Virus record (IMG/VR): IMGVR_UViG_3300019776_000550
Span: 1 to 64,000 of that record
Length of the DNA stretch: 64,000 nt
Strand: one strand, 5' to 3'
Origin: a virus
Below are positions 21,746 through 32,794 of this stretch, in pieces; positions within the stretch are counted from its first letter, which is position 1; each line of letters begins with the position of its first letter. Made by a program: the position numbers and the translations under genes. The notes below the pieces were generated by a model that worked only from the letters and a program-made list of their open reading frames with translations, had not been told where the DNA came from and ran no database searches.

Positions 21746-22298
21746 ATTTATAACAAATTCACAATTACAAAATTTAGCTAAAGAATATGACATTGAATTA
21801 GCTGCTATCAAAGCCGTCTTAGAAGTAGAATCATCAGGTGACGGCTTTGATAACAGCGGTTATCCTTCTGTTCTTTATGAAGGTCATATTTTTCATAGAT
21901 TAACAAAAGGCAAATTTAGTAAAACACATCCACACTTATCTTATCCTAAATGGGTTAAGACTTATTATAATCAAAATCAAATAGAAAGAATTAATGAAGC
22001 TGGAGAATTAGATAATAAAGCAGCTTTAATGTCAGCTTCTTGGGGATGCATGCAAGTTATGGGATTTAATTATAAACTAGTTAATTATAATACAATTGAA
22101 GAGTTTGTAGTTGCTATGTTTGAATCTGAATATAAACAAATTAAAGCAGGTTTAGATTATATTAAAAATGCTGGTTTATTAGATGAACTTAAAACTAAAT
22201 CATGGAGAGCTTTTGCTAGAGGATATAACGGGCCTCAATATGCAGTTAATAATTATCATAATAAATTAAAAAACGCTTATATTAAACACTCAAAGTAA
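21738..22298 (+). CDS. Endolysin, N-acetylmuramidase (DUF3380-like)
   Basis: AVLEVES.G.GF, LYEGHIF, SASWGCMQVMGFN, FARGYNGPQY motifs. Confidence 0.9.
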   Translation: MSKFITNSQLQNLAKEYDIELAAIKAVLEVESSGDGFDNSGYPSVLYEGHIFHRLTKGKFSKTHPHLSYPKWVKTYYNQNQIERINEAGELDNKAALMSASWGCMQVMGFNYKLVNYNTIEEFVVAMFESEYKQIKAGLDYIKNAGLLDELKTKSWRAFARGYNGPQYAVNNYHNKLKNAYIKHSK

Positions 22299-22461
22299 TG
22301 GGAAAGCAAAACAAAGACCCTCGTAAAAATTATGTAAGTAGAATACAACTTCCTGAAACTAAAGTTGTTTCACCTACAGAAAATTTAAAAAAAGATTTAA
22401 GCATAATAAAAAATTGATTAAAGTGTAAATAATAAATACAATCAATAAACAAATAGTTTTC

Positions 22462-22959
22462 ATGGGATTATTAGATAAGTTATTTGGAACAACAGATGCT
22501 GTTAAAGATTTAATAGAAGCAGGTGCTAATACAGTAGATAGATTTGTTCTTACCAAACAAGAAAAGCTTGATTATGAAAAGTTAAAAAATGAGCAAGATT
22601 ATCGTTTGAAAACTTTTGAAGCTGAAAACTTTCAAAAAGAATTAGATAGACAGCTTGAATATTACAAAACAGATGCTGTTGATAGAGCTGATGCAAGAGA
22701 TTTGCAAGTTAAAGCTTTAAGTCAAGATGATTTGTTTTCAAAACGATTTATTTATTACTTTGCTATTTTTATAACTACTCTTCAAATGATTTATGCTTTT
22801 GGAGTTACCTTTTTTGAAGTACCTGAAAAGAATATTAGAAATGCAGATACTCTTTTAGGTATCATGGTAGGTAGTGGTTTAACTGCTATCATAACATTTT
22901 TCTATGGTAGCAGTCTTGGTTCTTCTATTAAAAACGAAACAATTAAAAAACTAAGTTAA
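22462..22959 (+). CDS. Putative holin-like membrane protein
   Basis: Two C-terminal hydrophobic segments, DRADAR and FFYGSSLGS motifs; adjacent to the endolysin. Confidence 0.6.
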   Translation: MGLLDKLFGTTDAVKDLIEAGANTVDRFVLTKQEKLDYEKLKNEQDYRLKTFEAENFQKELDRQLEYYKTDAVDRADARDLQVKALSQDDLFSKRFIYYFAIFITTLQMIYAFGVTFFEVPEKNIRNADTLLGIMVGSGLTAIITFFYGSSLGSSIKNETIKKLS

Positions 22960-22960
22960 T

Positions 22961-23296
22961 ATGAATCTTTGGACTAGATTATCTAATCTCAAATGGAAGG
23001 ATATTAATTTATCTGATGTAATTTTAGGTTGTAGTAATTACTACTTTGGTGATATTATCAATACATCTGAAAAACAAGATAAACTAAAAAAAGTAATTGC
23101 ATATAGACTTGCTATTTGCAATAGCTGTAAGTTAAATGTTGATAATAACGGAGTTTGTGATAACAGTGGAACTATATTAATTGAAAATGTAGATACAGGA
23201 CAATTAGTATCAGGTTGTGGATGCAGCCTTGGTTGTAAGTCTGCTCATCCTGATTATAATTGTCCTGCTGCTAAATGGAAAGCTGTTAAAATCTGA
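22961..23296 (+). CDS. Cys-rich putative metal-binding protein
   Basis: RLAICNSC...C...GCGC...CP..KW pattern. Confidence 0.55.
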   Translation: MNLWTRLSNLKWKDINLSDVILGCSNYYFGDIINTSEKQDKLKKVIAYRLAICNSCKLNVDNNGVCDNSGTILIENVDTGQLVSGCGCSLGCKSAHPDYNCPAAKWKAVKI

Positions 23297-23344
23297 TGAA
23301 AAATTGGTTTGTTTATTGATAGTTAGGATGGATTGAAAGCAAAT

Positions 23345-23369
23345 AAGCCCTTTTTCAAGGGCTTTTTTG
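23345..23369. terminator. Intrinsic terminator at the convergence of the + and - blocks
   Basis: AAGCCCTT-TTTC-AAGGGCTT followed by a T-run, with an A-rich 5' flank. Confidence 0.8.
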
Positions 23370-23477
23370 TTGCAATAACATCAAAAGTAAGCTTCTTATA
23401 GTGACTTAATCAGCTAAAATATTATTAAACTGACTTTACCCATTAGGATAATTAGGAAGTCTTACTAATCATATCCT

Positions 23478-23753
23478 TTAATCTTTAATAGATTTAAGTG
23501 CCTCAAGCAAACCTGCTTCTAGTGCATTTTCATAAGTATCACACTTATAAGCTCTTAACTGAGTAACTCCGTTAACTGAATAAGTGTAATAAGTAACACT
23601 AATGTCTCCCGTATATCTTACTCCGTAGGCATTAACTTCTAAGTTATGTTCTTCTCGCAGCCACTTTTGCAAAATTGATTGTGTTGGTAAAGGTTCAAAA
23701 CCTTTTTCTTTAGCTAATTTAGCTGTTTCAAATATAACTAATTCTTCTTTCAT
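23478..23753 (-). CDS. Conserved small phage protein
   Basis: FETAKLAKEKGF...PTQS.LQKWLRE...YE.ALEAGL pattern, recalled from Bacteroidota phage proteins. Confidence 0.55.
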   Translation of the reverse strand: MKEELVIFETAKLAKEKGFEPLPTQSILQKWLREEHNLEVNAYGVRYTGDISVTYYTYSVNGVTQLRAYKCDTYENALEAGLLEALKSIKD

Positions 23754-23761
23754 ATTAGGAT

Positions 23762-24832
23762 TTAGTTAGATTCAACAATATAACGATAAGAAACAAAACC
23801 TTTAAAATTATTACACCAACCAAACATTGATTTTGAATTATTTGCAGATAATCTGTATAATGAATATAAACCATAAGGTTCAGTAGATTTACCTTTTATA
23901 AATGAATAATATTCATCATTAGTCATAGTTCTAGCAACATGTTCAAAAGGACTCATGTGACCTGATTCTAAAAGTTTATCATATAATTTAATATCACTTT
24001 CATAATCAAACTCTTTATTTTCATCACCAACTGTAGTATAAGAAGTTCTTGCACATCTAGCTATTGATACTTTAATAATATCTTTTACAGTGTTTTCACC
24101 ATAAGTAGGTTCATTATGAGGTATTGCTAATTGTACTTTATCAATTGAATCAATAAAAGGAATATGCCATTCACCAGCTTTTAACTTTTTAGGAACTGTT
24201 TCATTTTGCATATTCCACATTTTTTCAGCTAAATTCATTATATGAATTTCAGATTGACCTTTGTTTTCTTTTAGTTTACCTACAATATCAAAACGTTTAA
24301 CATAATTTTCAGTTTGATAATCTTCAATATGTCCTACATAATCTTCCCAAGATTTGTAATATTCATAATCGTTATAAAGACTATCATAACGAGGACATCT
24401 TAAATCAAAGAAATTATCATATTCTGTAGCAGTTACTAACACTTGATAATACTGATATGGTTCAAGTATTCTATTTACAAGCTGTTTAGTAATACCAAAG
24501 TTACTCATTTTTTCAGCTTGTTGTAAAGCTAATTCAGCACTATCAATCCATAATTGTTTAGCTTGTTCCAACATATCTCCTGTAAAGTATTCTTCTCCTT
24601 GCATACCTTTATGTGACTTCTGTATAGCTAAAGGGATGAACATGTTATTTCTTACAGATTCAATCATTCTTTTAATTGGAACAGCTCTTGAACTAGATGC
24701 GTTTCTTGAGAACATACGATGAGTCATAAGTTCAGCATGAATGATTCTAGGATAAGTAAGTAAATAAGTAGTAATTCTATCACCGTGAATATTAATAGAA
24801 TCAGCAACAATTTTAGCATCAATTTGTGTCAT
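23762..24832 (-). CDS. thyX: Flavin-dependent thymidylate synthase
   Basis: ELMTHRMFSRNASSSRA, ARCARTSY, GHMSPFEH motifs. Confidence 0.88.
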   Translation of the reverse strand: MTQIDAKIVADSINIHGDRITTYLLTYPRIIHAELMTHRMFSRNASSSRAVPIKRMIESVRNNMFIPLAIQKSHKGMQGEEYFTGDMLEQAKQLWIDSAELALQQAEKMSNFGITKQLVNRILEPYQYYQVLVTATEYDNFFDLRCPRYDSLYNDYEYYKSWEDYVGHIEDYQTENYVKRFDIVGKLKENKGQSEIHIMNLAEKMWNMQNETVPKKLKAGEWHIPFIDSIDKVQLAIPHNEPTYGENTVKDIIKVSIARCARTSYTTVGDENKEFDYESDIKLYDKLLESGHMSPFEHVARTMTNDEYYSFIKGKSTEPYGLYSLYRLSANNSKSMFGWCNNFKGFVSYRYIVESN

Positions 24833-24847
24833 ATTTGTTTATTTTTA

Positions 24848-25621
24848 TTATATTTCCAAAAAGTTTTTAATCCATTCAAAACTTTTAATCAATTCAGGAT
24901 TAGGACATCCTACATTTCCTATTCCATCATATAACACTGTTGAGCTAAGATAAATAGGTTTATTATCAACTGAATATTTGGCATCTAAATAATTATAGCA
25001 AACTAGTCCTTTTATAAATCTTATACCAAACCATACTTTATCATCTTTATCGTAAAAAGAAGATATTATTTCTTTGGGTATATCTTTTTTTATGAGGTTA
25101 TTTCTATCCCATTTATTCAAATTAAGAGATTCAATAATCGATTTCCCATGTTGTTCAAATTGTTCAGGTGTTAATTTTGAAACCCCAGTCTCTTCAATAA
25201 CTACATGACATCCTCTATTATTATCTGAATGTACAGAAGCTATTAATAATAAGTTTTCTTCTGTATAACAATAATTATAATCTTTCCAAGCATCCAGTTG
25301 TTCTTGAGTGTACTCTTCTAAAGTATAAAATGGCTTACCCGCCTTAGGATGTTTGAATATTTCCAATACTTCCCATTTATAATTTTTATAAATAGGAATT
25401 TTTTCTACCAACTTTCTAGGCTCTCTTTTATTTACAGTGCCTTTTAAAGTTAGGTTTGGTTCGTATTTACATTCCCAATGTAAGTCTGTTCCAGAATAAT
25501 CTGGTATTTCTGTTTTAATTGGAAATACCTTTTCTCTTTCTCGAGTTTCATTATTCCATTTAGTAAGAGTAGTATATTGTTTACCCCAATCTACTACAAA
25601 TACATAATCTCCAATATTCAT
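24848..25621 (-). CDS. Hypothetical protein
   Basis: 257-aa ORF co-oriented with the operon. Confidence 0.6.
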   Translation of the reverse strand: MNIGDYVFVVDWGKQYTTLTKWNNETREREKVFPIKTEIPDYSGTDLHWECKYEPNLTLKGTVNKREPRKLVEKIPIYKNYKWEVLEIFKHPKAGKPFYTLEEYTQEQLDAWKDYNYCYTEENLLLIASVHSDNNRGCHVVIEETGVSKLTPEQFEQHGKSIIESLNLNKWDRNNLIKKDIPKEIISSFYDKDDKVWFGIRFIKGLVCYNYLDAKYSVDNKPIYLSSTVLYDGIGNVGCPNPELIKSFEWIKNFLEI

Positions 25622-25728
25622 TTTTTTATCTTTTTAATTGTTATGTTAATTTATTATTACGGTTGCTGTCCTATTTATCACTTGAGCTGTGACACTACTC
25701 TCATCAAATGTACACACTACGTTTTATA

Positions 25729-27028
25729 CTAAAAGACTCGTTGAAGTCGTTCAATAACTTTATTATAGCCGTATTTATTTACAGCATTGTCAATTATCTC
25801 ATTTATTAAATCTTTTTGAAAAGAAAAGGATTCATTATCATAGTTTTTAGACAAATACATTCCATAATCTGACAAATATTCAAGAATTTTGGGGATATCA
25901 TCGCGACCTTCTACTACAACGAAGTAGCCCATATCTTCCAAGTATTCTTTTATATCGTCCGTGTCAAAATCTTCAAGTCCAATTTCAATTACAGCTCTCA
26001 TCTTATTAAAGTTTTAGGTTTGTTGGTAGAATTAAATTTTTGCCGTACTTCTTTATCGTACCGTTGTTGGTCTAGTCGTACAGGTACGGTCATGTTAGCT
26101 CGATTTTTTAGGCTCATGTTTACTTTCAATAAAATCTCTTATCTTAGTCAAAGTCTCAATAAATGAGCTTATTCTAAAATATGCCTCATCAAAATCATAA
26201 CTACTATCCAGTAGCCTTTCAGTAAATTGTTCTAGTTGCTCATCAGTATAATTACGGAGAGTTCGTAGGCCGCTAAATGCAGCCCACGGAGAGTTATCTA
26301 GGTTATTCATTGGTCGTTAGTTTTTTAAGGCAAAATTCTAAGCAAAGTTTCTTCATCTTATCTCTTGCAGTGCTTATGTATAGAGCATCTACATCATACA
26401 ATCCTGAAAACTCAAAGTCATCAACAGAATTGTATTTCTCACTTCCACGAACAACTCCATCTGGAAAAAACCGTAGCATACCCTCAAAGTCGTTATTTAT
26501 TACATATTCCAGTAATTCAATTACATCATTCATTCTTTTATAAAGTTATTGTTTTAATACCATCTTTTTCTTCAATACTTTTAATTGAACTCAGTCTAAT
26601 TATTACAACTGGATTACGTGTAGGAGTATATTTATGCCATAATTCTAGGAAACCATCATAAGGAGTTTCAGTTTTAATATAGAAAAACTCACCTGCTTCT
26701 AAATCATTGTAGACTTTATCTTTTGTAACAACAATAATATCATCGTCTATAGATATGCCTTTACGATATTCATTAGGTGTAACTTCGTACAAATGTAAGT
26801 TGTATCTAGGCATTATTGTGATTTTTTAATATTAATAAGTCGAACTCCATTATATCCTGATAATAAATCATCAACAGTAACTCCTTTATGAGATAAAACT
26901 TCTTTGATTAAAGATAAATAAGAATAATCAATATTCTTGTTTTCTTCTAATATTGCATGTTTATCATCTTGTGTAAGAGCCTCATAAAGAGGCTTCTTAC
27001 GTTGAATCATACATTCTATTGTTCCCAT
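25729..27028 (-). CDS. Cluster of small hypothetical ORFs (25729-26001, 25998-26093, 26095-26310, 26303-26533, 26538-26813, 26813-27028)
   Basis: Tightly packed or overlapping small ORFs; the 31-aa 25998-26093 ORF was read by hand. Confidence 0.55.
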
Positions 27029-27032
27029 AATT

Positions 27033-27842
27033 TCATATTATAAGTTCAGCTTTTAAAATTTCTCTTACTGGTTCAATTAAATCATCAATAGTTTTATTAT
27101 TATTAATCACATAATCAAATTCAGCGTCATCAAGAGCTGTTTCTGAAATGTGAGAATAATCATCTGATTCTTTCTGTAAGTCTCTGTTAACTCTAATGGT
27201 AATACCTTTTTTTTCTTTGACAGCCTTTAATTCATTAGGAAATCTTAAATCTGTAATAATCCAATTTGGATATTTTGCGTTTTTTTCAAAATATGGAATA
27301 GGGTCTTCAAAAGGATTTAATTCTTTTATTGATTTATAATAGTCATTAAATAAAGCATTAATCCAAATATTAGGATGAATAGCATCACGCATAACTTCTG
27401 TTCCTATTTGTTGAAGAAGTTGTCTTATTGTAATAGAACGTTTACCAGCTTGATAACAAGTATAATCTGTATGTTTTGTTGTATTAATATAATCTTGCAT
27501 ACTTTTTTCAGTTGCAAAATAAACATACTTTTCATCTACAACGTGGTTATCATTTACCCAATATTCTTTTAATAAATATCTATCCCATTCACTACTTAAT
27601 ACTTTATTTTTAATTTCTTCCTTTTCCAACTCTTCAATTGGAATATTAGTAAGAATAGATATAATTTGTTTAAGTTTAGTTCCAAACTGTTTTATTGTCC
27701 AATCACTTGAATAATCAGAGGTGTAATGCCAATGTGGAACATTACTGTTTGAAATCTTTTTCTTATTTATAATAAGACTTTGAATTATTTCACCAACAGT
27801 ATCTTTACCTGATTGTTTTTTACCACTTATTGCAATTATCAT
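27033..27842 (-). CDS. Deoxynucleoside monophosphate kinase
   Basis: ISGKKQSGKDT P-loop, RQLLQQIGTEVMR, ITDLRFPNE, HISETALD. Confidence 0.88.
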   Translation of the reverse strand: MIIAISGKKQSGKDTVGEIIQSLIINKKKISNSNVPHWHYTSDYSSDWTIKQFGTKLKQIISILTNIPIEELEKEEIKNKVLSSEWDRYLLKEYWVNDNHVVDEKYVYFATEKSMQDYINTTKHTDYTCYQAGKRSITIRQLLQQIGTEVMRDAIHPNIWINALFNDYYKSIKELNPFEDPIPYFEKNAKYPNWIITDLRFPNELKAVKEKKGITIRVNRDLQKESDDYSHISETALDDAEFDYVINNNKTIDDLIEPVREILKAELII

Positions 27843-28641
27843 AGTTTTATTTTGTTTAACATTTCTTTAAATGCTTTGAAAGCTTCTTCTTTTGTTTCAT
27901 AAACATCAGTAAAATCATTCCATTCACATTCATCTTCGTTATTAGGGTAATAATCCTTTACTAAATATAAAGTTTTGCCTTTGCTAATTACAATTTCAAC
28001 AATAGAAACCCTGTTTATAGAAACAGGGTAACTATTATGTTTGTTAATTGCATAGACTACATCACCAATAAGACCTTTTACATTAATTGTTTTCATAAAT
28101 TTGATTAGTCCAAATGCATTCTTGAAATTCATTACCTTCGTAAACTTCAACTGTAGGTTGATTGTTGTTTTCATTAGGATATAAATACTCATCAGCCTCT
28201 GATAAGTATTCTAATTCTTCAAATTCTGATTCATAACATAAATCAAAAGGAAATGTATTTTCTTTTAACTTTTGTATTAAATCTTGCATGTTGGCATCAT
28301 CATTAAAATGCAGTCTTTGCCAAGTTGTTATTTTAACATCTATATACTTATTCATAACCTTTTACATATTGTTTTAAAAATTCATGTACTTCTTCAACTG
28401 TATAATAAGAAGGTGTCCAACTATGTTTATGATAATCATCATAAACAAAGTCTTCTATATATACACTAAATTTTGTTGTTGTAAGTGATTCAATTTCATT
28501 TTCATCAAGTGTTTCATTATAAAAATGTCCACTGTATCCAATTTGTTTTTCAGCAACAATATGTTTATCAGGAAATAAAAGTCTTAATTTATTTACAATT
28601 GATGACATACTTAAAATCGATGATATACTTGCTTGTTCCAT
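27839..28641 (-). CDS. Three small hypothetical ORFs (27839-~28096, 28083-28355, 28348-28641)
   Basis: Coupled small ORFs; the first probably starts at MKTINV rather than at the track start. Confidence 0.5.
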
Positions 28642-28736
28642 TTTGATAGTTGTTTTAAAGTTTATAATATGAAATAAAAAATACCTATAAACTAAAAGTA
28701 AATAGGTATTTAATCAATAAAGTGACTTAATAAATT

Positions 28737-29291
28737 TTATTTTTCAAGTTCTCTTCTTTCAGAATCTAAATCTCTATTAAGAGCTGCTTTTTCTGTAAAT
28801 TTATCAGGGTATCTAACTCTTAATTTGTCAATGTTATTCTGTAGAGCCTTATCAGTGTTAATTTCAAGCACATTTTCACCAATATAAACCCAATGATTAA
28901 AAAGTGCATTTAGATTATTAGAAGTAATGGTTTTGTTATAATTAGTTTTTATTCTAATTTGTTGCATTTGTTTAAATGAAATTACAACATCCATCAAAAT
29001 CTCTTCTATTGGGCAATTAACATAATGTTCTGCTAAATGATAATCTTCAAAGTTTAACAATACACCTGTTCTACAAGCTTCATTAGCTAAATACCAAGCT
29101 ACATCAGCCCATTCTTCTGAAAGATTTACTTTATCAATTGGTTTATCATAAGCTAAATTCTTTTTATAAATGTCAATAATTTCACCTATTTCAGTAATAA
29201 CACCCATCATCATGTGACGAGCATTACTATTTTCTTCATAAAGACTTTTAAAAGTCCTATTAGCTAAGTTTTGATATTCGATGTAATTCAT
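28737..29291 (-). CDS. MazG-like nucleotide pyrophosphohydrolase
   Basis: GVITEIGEIIDIYKK...EEWADVAWY and NIDKLRVRYP motifs. Confidence 0.85.
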   Translation of the reverse strand: MNYIEYQNLANRTFKSLYEENSNARHMMMGVITEIGEIIDIYKKNLAYDKPIDKVNLSEEWADVAWYLANEACRTGVLLNFEDYHLAEHYVNCPIEEILMDVVISFKQMQQIRIKTNYNKTITSNNLNALFNHWVYIGENVLEINTDKALQNNIDKLRVRYPDKFTEKAALNRDLDSERRELEK

Positions 29292-29677
29292 ATTAACTTT
29301 AGTTTGTTTTTCATTATATATTCAAAAATAGCAGGTTCTCTTTTGATTAATTGAACTTGCAAATAACTTTCTAAATAATCAGTAAGAAAAAGAACTTTAT
29401 CTTCTTCATCATGATTCTTTAGAAAATCAATAATGTCAACATCAATATCATATACTGGTTCTAATTCTTCAATTATACAGTTTGTTATTAATAAATCCAT
29501 TATCTCGTTGTAATACTTTTCAGTAGTACTATGTTCATTTGTATAAACATTTTTAGCTAATTGACCAATGTTAACAGTAATCTTAACATGAATTTTTTTC
29601 TTCTTGTTGTGAAACTGTTTTTCTGACAACTCTTTGAATGATGATTTAAGATTTTTGTATCTTTCTTCTATATTCAT
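29288..29677 (-). CDS. Hypothetical protein
   Basis: 129-aa ORF coupled to the MazG-like gene. Confidence 0.5.
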   Translation of the reverse strand: MNIEERYKNLKSSFKELSEKQFHNKKKKIHVKITVNIGQLAKNVYTNEHSTTEKYYNEIMDLLITNCIIEELEPVYDIDVDIIDFLKNHDEEDKVLFLTDYLESYLQVQLIKREPAIFEYIMKNKLKLI

Positions 29678-29681
29678 TATG

Positions 29682-30449
29682 TTATTCTTTTAACAAGTCA
29701 AAGTTAATTTCATTTAGCACTTCTTCTTCTGACCAAATTTTCACAACATTATCTTTTGCAATGTTGTTGTTATTTAATCTATGATTTTTAAATGCTGTAT
29801 CATGGTTTGAATAACCTCCTGACATATGATGAACTCCATTATTCCATTCATATATATAAGTAGCAGGTAGTTCTTTATCTACAATAATACCAGTAGAGCT
29901 TAAGCTTTTAATTAATCCTTCTTCGGGATATTGACTAGGTTCTTCAAATCCATTTAATAATAAAAACTTACTATCAATAAACCAACTACCTTCAAAAGTG
30001 TTAGATTCTAAAGTAGTTTTTTTACTTACACCATCACGATATATGGATTGAAAAGGTTTATATATCTCACCTCTAAAAGAATTACATGCGTTTAGATGAT
30101 TGTGCAAATACATATCATCATCTTGCCATAAACTTACTACATCTGATTGTTTTATATAATTTTGAAAATAATACAAACCATCATTATATATTTCTCCTAG
30201 ATTATCATAATGATTTTCTGTATAAAGTGATATATGATTATTCCATAAAATAATATTATCTTCATACATAATTGAATCACCATCATTACGAATCTTTTTT
30301 AGCTCTAATTCAATATAATTAGGGCTGTTATTATATATACAAAGAGTTTTGTTAAGATAGTCTTGCATTAACCAACATCTAATACTTCTACCAAGAAGAT
30401 GAGGTCTATTATAAGTGTATAATAAAGCTACATGTTTACGATTCTCCAT
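29682..30449 (-). CDS. GT-A fold (family 2-like) glycosyltransferase
   Basis: TYNRPHLL...Q.Y N-terminus and LWQDDDMY DxD-type motif. Confidence 0.75.
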   Translation of the reverse strand: MENRKHVALLYTYNRPHLLGRSIRCWLMQDYLNKTLCIYNNSPNYIELELKKIRNDGDSIMYEDNIILWNNHISLYTENHYDNLGEIYNDGLYYFQNYIKQSDVVSLWQDDDMYLHNHLNACNSFRGEIYKPFQSIYRDGVSKKTTLESNTFEGSWFIDSKFLLLNGFEEPSQYPEEGLIKSLSSTGIIVDKELPATYIYEWNNGVHHMSGGYSNHDTAFKNHRLNNNNIAKDNVVKIWSEEEVLNEINFDLLKE

Positions 30450-30479
30450 ATTTCCTAACGGGTTGTAGTAAGTTGTAAA

Positions 30480-30632
30480 TTATTCATTAGTTACAATAGT
30501 TATTAAATGCTTTTTATCACCTTCAATTCTATCAAGAGTTGATTTAAGAATTTTTAATTGTTTAAAACCTTTACCTTTTAAAGGTATTTTACAATTAACA
30601 TGAGTTCCTGTAACTTTGATGTACTTATTCAT
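30480..30632 (-). CDS. Small basic hypothetical protein (50 aa, not in ORF track)
   Basis: MNKYIKVTGTHVNCKIPLKG...TNE*; its start overlaps the upstream stop codon. Confidence 0.5.
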   Translation of the reverse strand: MNKYIKVTGTHVNCKIPLKGKGFKQLKILKSTLDRIEGDKKHLITIVTNE

Positions 30633-31456
30633 TAGTTTAATAATGAAATATCTTTAACAAACACTTTTTGAAGAAGCATTACTTTAGTACTTTCAGTAAG
30701 AATGTTACTCTTTTTAATAGATTCAGTAACGCTGTTATACATATTCCAAACAGTTGTTTCATCATTTACAATACTATAACGTGATGAAGAATCCATTAAA
30801 GAACTAATAGCATCAGAAACTGGATTAATACCAAGTTCTTTATTCTTTTTAGCAAAGAACAAAAGTTCACCAGCAAGTTCATAAATTTGATTTTTATTAA
30901 GTTTCTGTTCATACATGTATTCAGCTACACGCTTATACTTTTGAACATCACCTAATGAATTATCAATATATCTTACTGTATCATCATAAACTCTATGATA
31001 ATTACCTGTAATTGATAATGAAGTAATATTATCAGCTCCAAAAATACATCCGTTGCTACAGTATGTAATTCGTTTACCTTTGTAAAGACGCATTTCAGGT
31101 TTTAATGAATTGAGATTATAAACTAATCCAATTTCACCTGTCATATCACGAAACAAAGAATCAATATCAGGAACTACACTAAAAGATTCAGGAAGTTTAG
31201 CTTTAGCAAGTATTGTACCATAGGCTACATTTTGAATACCTTCTGCATCTACATTAAGTTCTCCTGTTGACAATGTTTTTTCAGCATTAATAACTTTATC
31301 ATCTGCTTGAAAAGTCCATTCAACTGGAATATCTTGGAATTTATTAAGAAACGGTTCTAAATAATCCATAGGATGTTTAAAACGCAAGGTTTCTGATTTA
31401 GGGTGTACAAAGATTTTAGATTCCTCTAATTGCGAAAGTGTTAGTAAGTCTGCCAT
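30632..31456 (-). CDS. DUF932-like protein
   Basis: YCSNGCIF motif and C-terminal TVWNMYNSVTE. Confidence 0.65.
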   Translation of the reverse strand: MADLLTLSQLEESKIFVHPKSETLRFKHPMDYLEPFLNKFQDIPVEWTFQADDKVINAEKTLSTGELNVDAEGIQNVAYGTILAKAKLPESFSVVPDIDSLFRDMTGEIGLVYNLNSLKPEMRLYKGKRITYCSNGCIFGADNITSLSITGNYHRVYDDTVRYIDNSLGDVQKYKRVAEYMYEQKLNKNQIYELAGELLFFAKKNKELGINPVSDAISSLMDSSSRYSIVNDETTVWNMYNSVTESIKKSNILTESTKVMLLQKVFVKDISLLN

Positions 31457-31547
31457 TTTTTATTGATATTTAAGATTTGAAAAAAAAATAGAGTGCCTTT
31501 TAAAGACACTCTAAATTATAAATAAAAAATTTAATTTGCAAGTAAAA

Positions 31548-31829
31548 TTATTTAATTCTTTTGATTACAAGTTGTCTCTTTGTGGTATCAACTTCCTTGT
31601 ATATAATCGTACTTACTTTAAAATCAGAAGTAAGTTTAGATTGAACATATAATTTTGACCTCATGTGATTAGTAGGATTTTTAACTAATATCTTTTGACC
31701 TACATTAAGTTTTTCAGATGCTTTGATTGCTAAATCAAGTCTACTTGTGTCAAAAGATACAAAGTCACCTACAAAAATTCCTTGTTCAGCTAGTTCAGCT
31801 AATTCTTCTTGTGTTAATTGATTATCCAT
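31548..31829 (-). CDS. Hypothetical protein
   Basis: 93-aa ORF overlapping the ung 3' end. Confidence 0.5.
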   Translation of the reverse strand: MDNQLTQEELAELAEQGIFVGDFVSFDTSRLDLAIKASEKLNVGQKILVKNPTNHMRSKLYVQSKLTSDFKVSTIIYKEVDTTKRQLVIKRIK

Positions 31830-32794
31830 TTGATTGGTTGATTAAAAATATTTAAGATTTCATTTGTTTTTCTAAATACTCCTTCATGTTCCCAAGCACG
31901 TTGTTCATAATTAGCTCTTGCAGGATGTTCGCAAGAAAGCGTAAAATGAAAAGTACTAATATACTTTTTAAAATATTGCGCTTTTGCCCCCATTAGGATA
32001 AATACAACAGGTTGGGTTTGTCCATTTATAACCTCTATCACCTTTTGAATAAAAGGTTTCCATAATTCAGCATGTGAATTAGGTTCTCCTTTTCTAACAG
32101 TCAAAGCAGAATTAAGAAGTAAAACACCTTGATTTGTTAAATGTGACAAAGAATTATCAAGATTAGCTGTTTCATCATAATCAAAATCAGCTTTTATTGC
32201 TTTTTCAATTAGTTGCAAAGAAACTGGTTTTTGTGATTTATGTGTAGCAAATGCAATACCTGTAGCATTATCATTGGGATAAGGGTCTTGAGCTAATATA
32301 ACTGCTTTTATTTTAGTAATATCTAACTCAAAAGATTTAAATACATTTTCTCTTGCAGGATGTACAGTATATGCATTTCTTTCAAGATTATTACATTTGT
32401 AATTAAGTTCTTTGAACCATTCTGTATTCAAAACTTCTCTCAATTCATTAAACCAAGACCAATGAAAACGTTTTAAAATTGCAGTTTCCCAAGTATTAAC
32501 ATCTGGATTTGAGTTAATATTACTGTTATCAGGTTTAAAGATTAATCGATGATTTGAATAAACACCTTCTTGGTAATTAAATTTAGTATAAGGTACAACC
32601 TCACTATCTAATTGTAAATCAAGAAATGTTTTTCTCATATTCAATCCTGTATTAGGATTATGAATAATAATATCTTTATCTTCTTTTTTTAATCTACCAA
32701 CAACAGTACTTTTAATATAAAACTCACCTTTTTCAGAAATGTAATCAGGAACAAAAACACAATTATCAGACATCTTTAGTTTTAACTGTATCAT
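31814..32794 (-). CDS. ung: Uracil-DNA glycosylase with N-terminal extension
   Basis: AVILAQDPYP, GIAF, QGVLLLNSALTV, HAELW, EHPA motifs of family-1 UDG. Confidence 0.92.
   Translation of the reverse strand: MIQLKLKMSDNCVFVPDYISEKGEFYIKSTVVGRLKKEDKDIIIHNPNTGLNMRKTFLDLQLDSEVVPYTKFNYQEGVYSNHRLIFKPDNSNINSNPDVNTWETAILKRFHWSWFNELREVLNTEWFKELNYKCNNLERNAYTVHPARENVFKSFELDITKIKAVILAQDPYPNDNATGIAFATHKSQKPVSLQLIEKAIKADFDYDETANLDNSLSHLTNQGVLLLNSALTVRKGEPNSHAELWKPFIQKVIEVINGQTQPVVFILMGAKAQYFKKYISTFHFTLSCEHPARANYEQRAWEHEGVFRKTNEILNIFNQPIKWIIN

Noticed and set aside
25630-25728. Hammerhead-like UUGAUGAGAG...CUC on the minus strand
   Set aside because: No GAAA or stem I/III; more likely a gene remnant.
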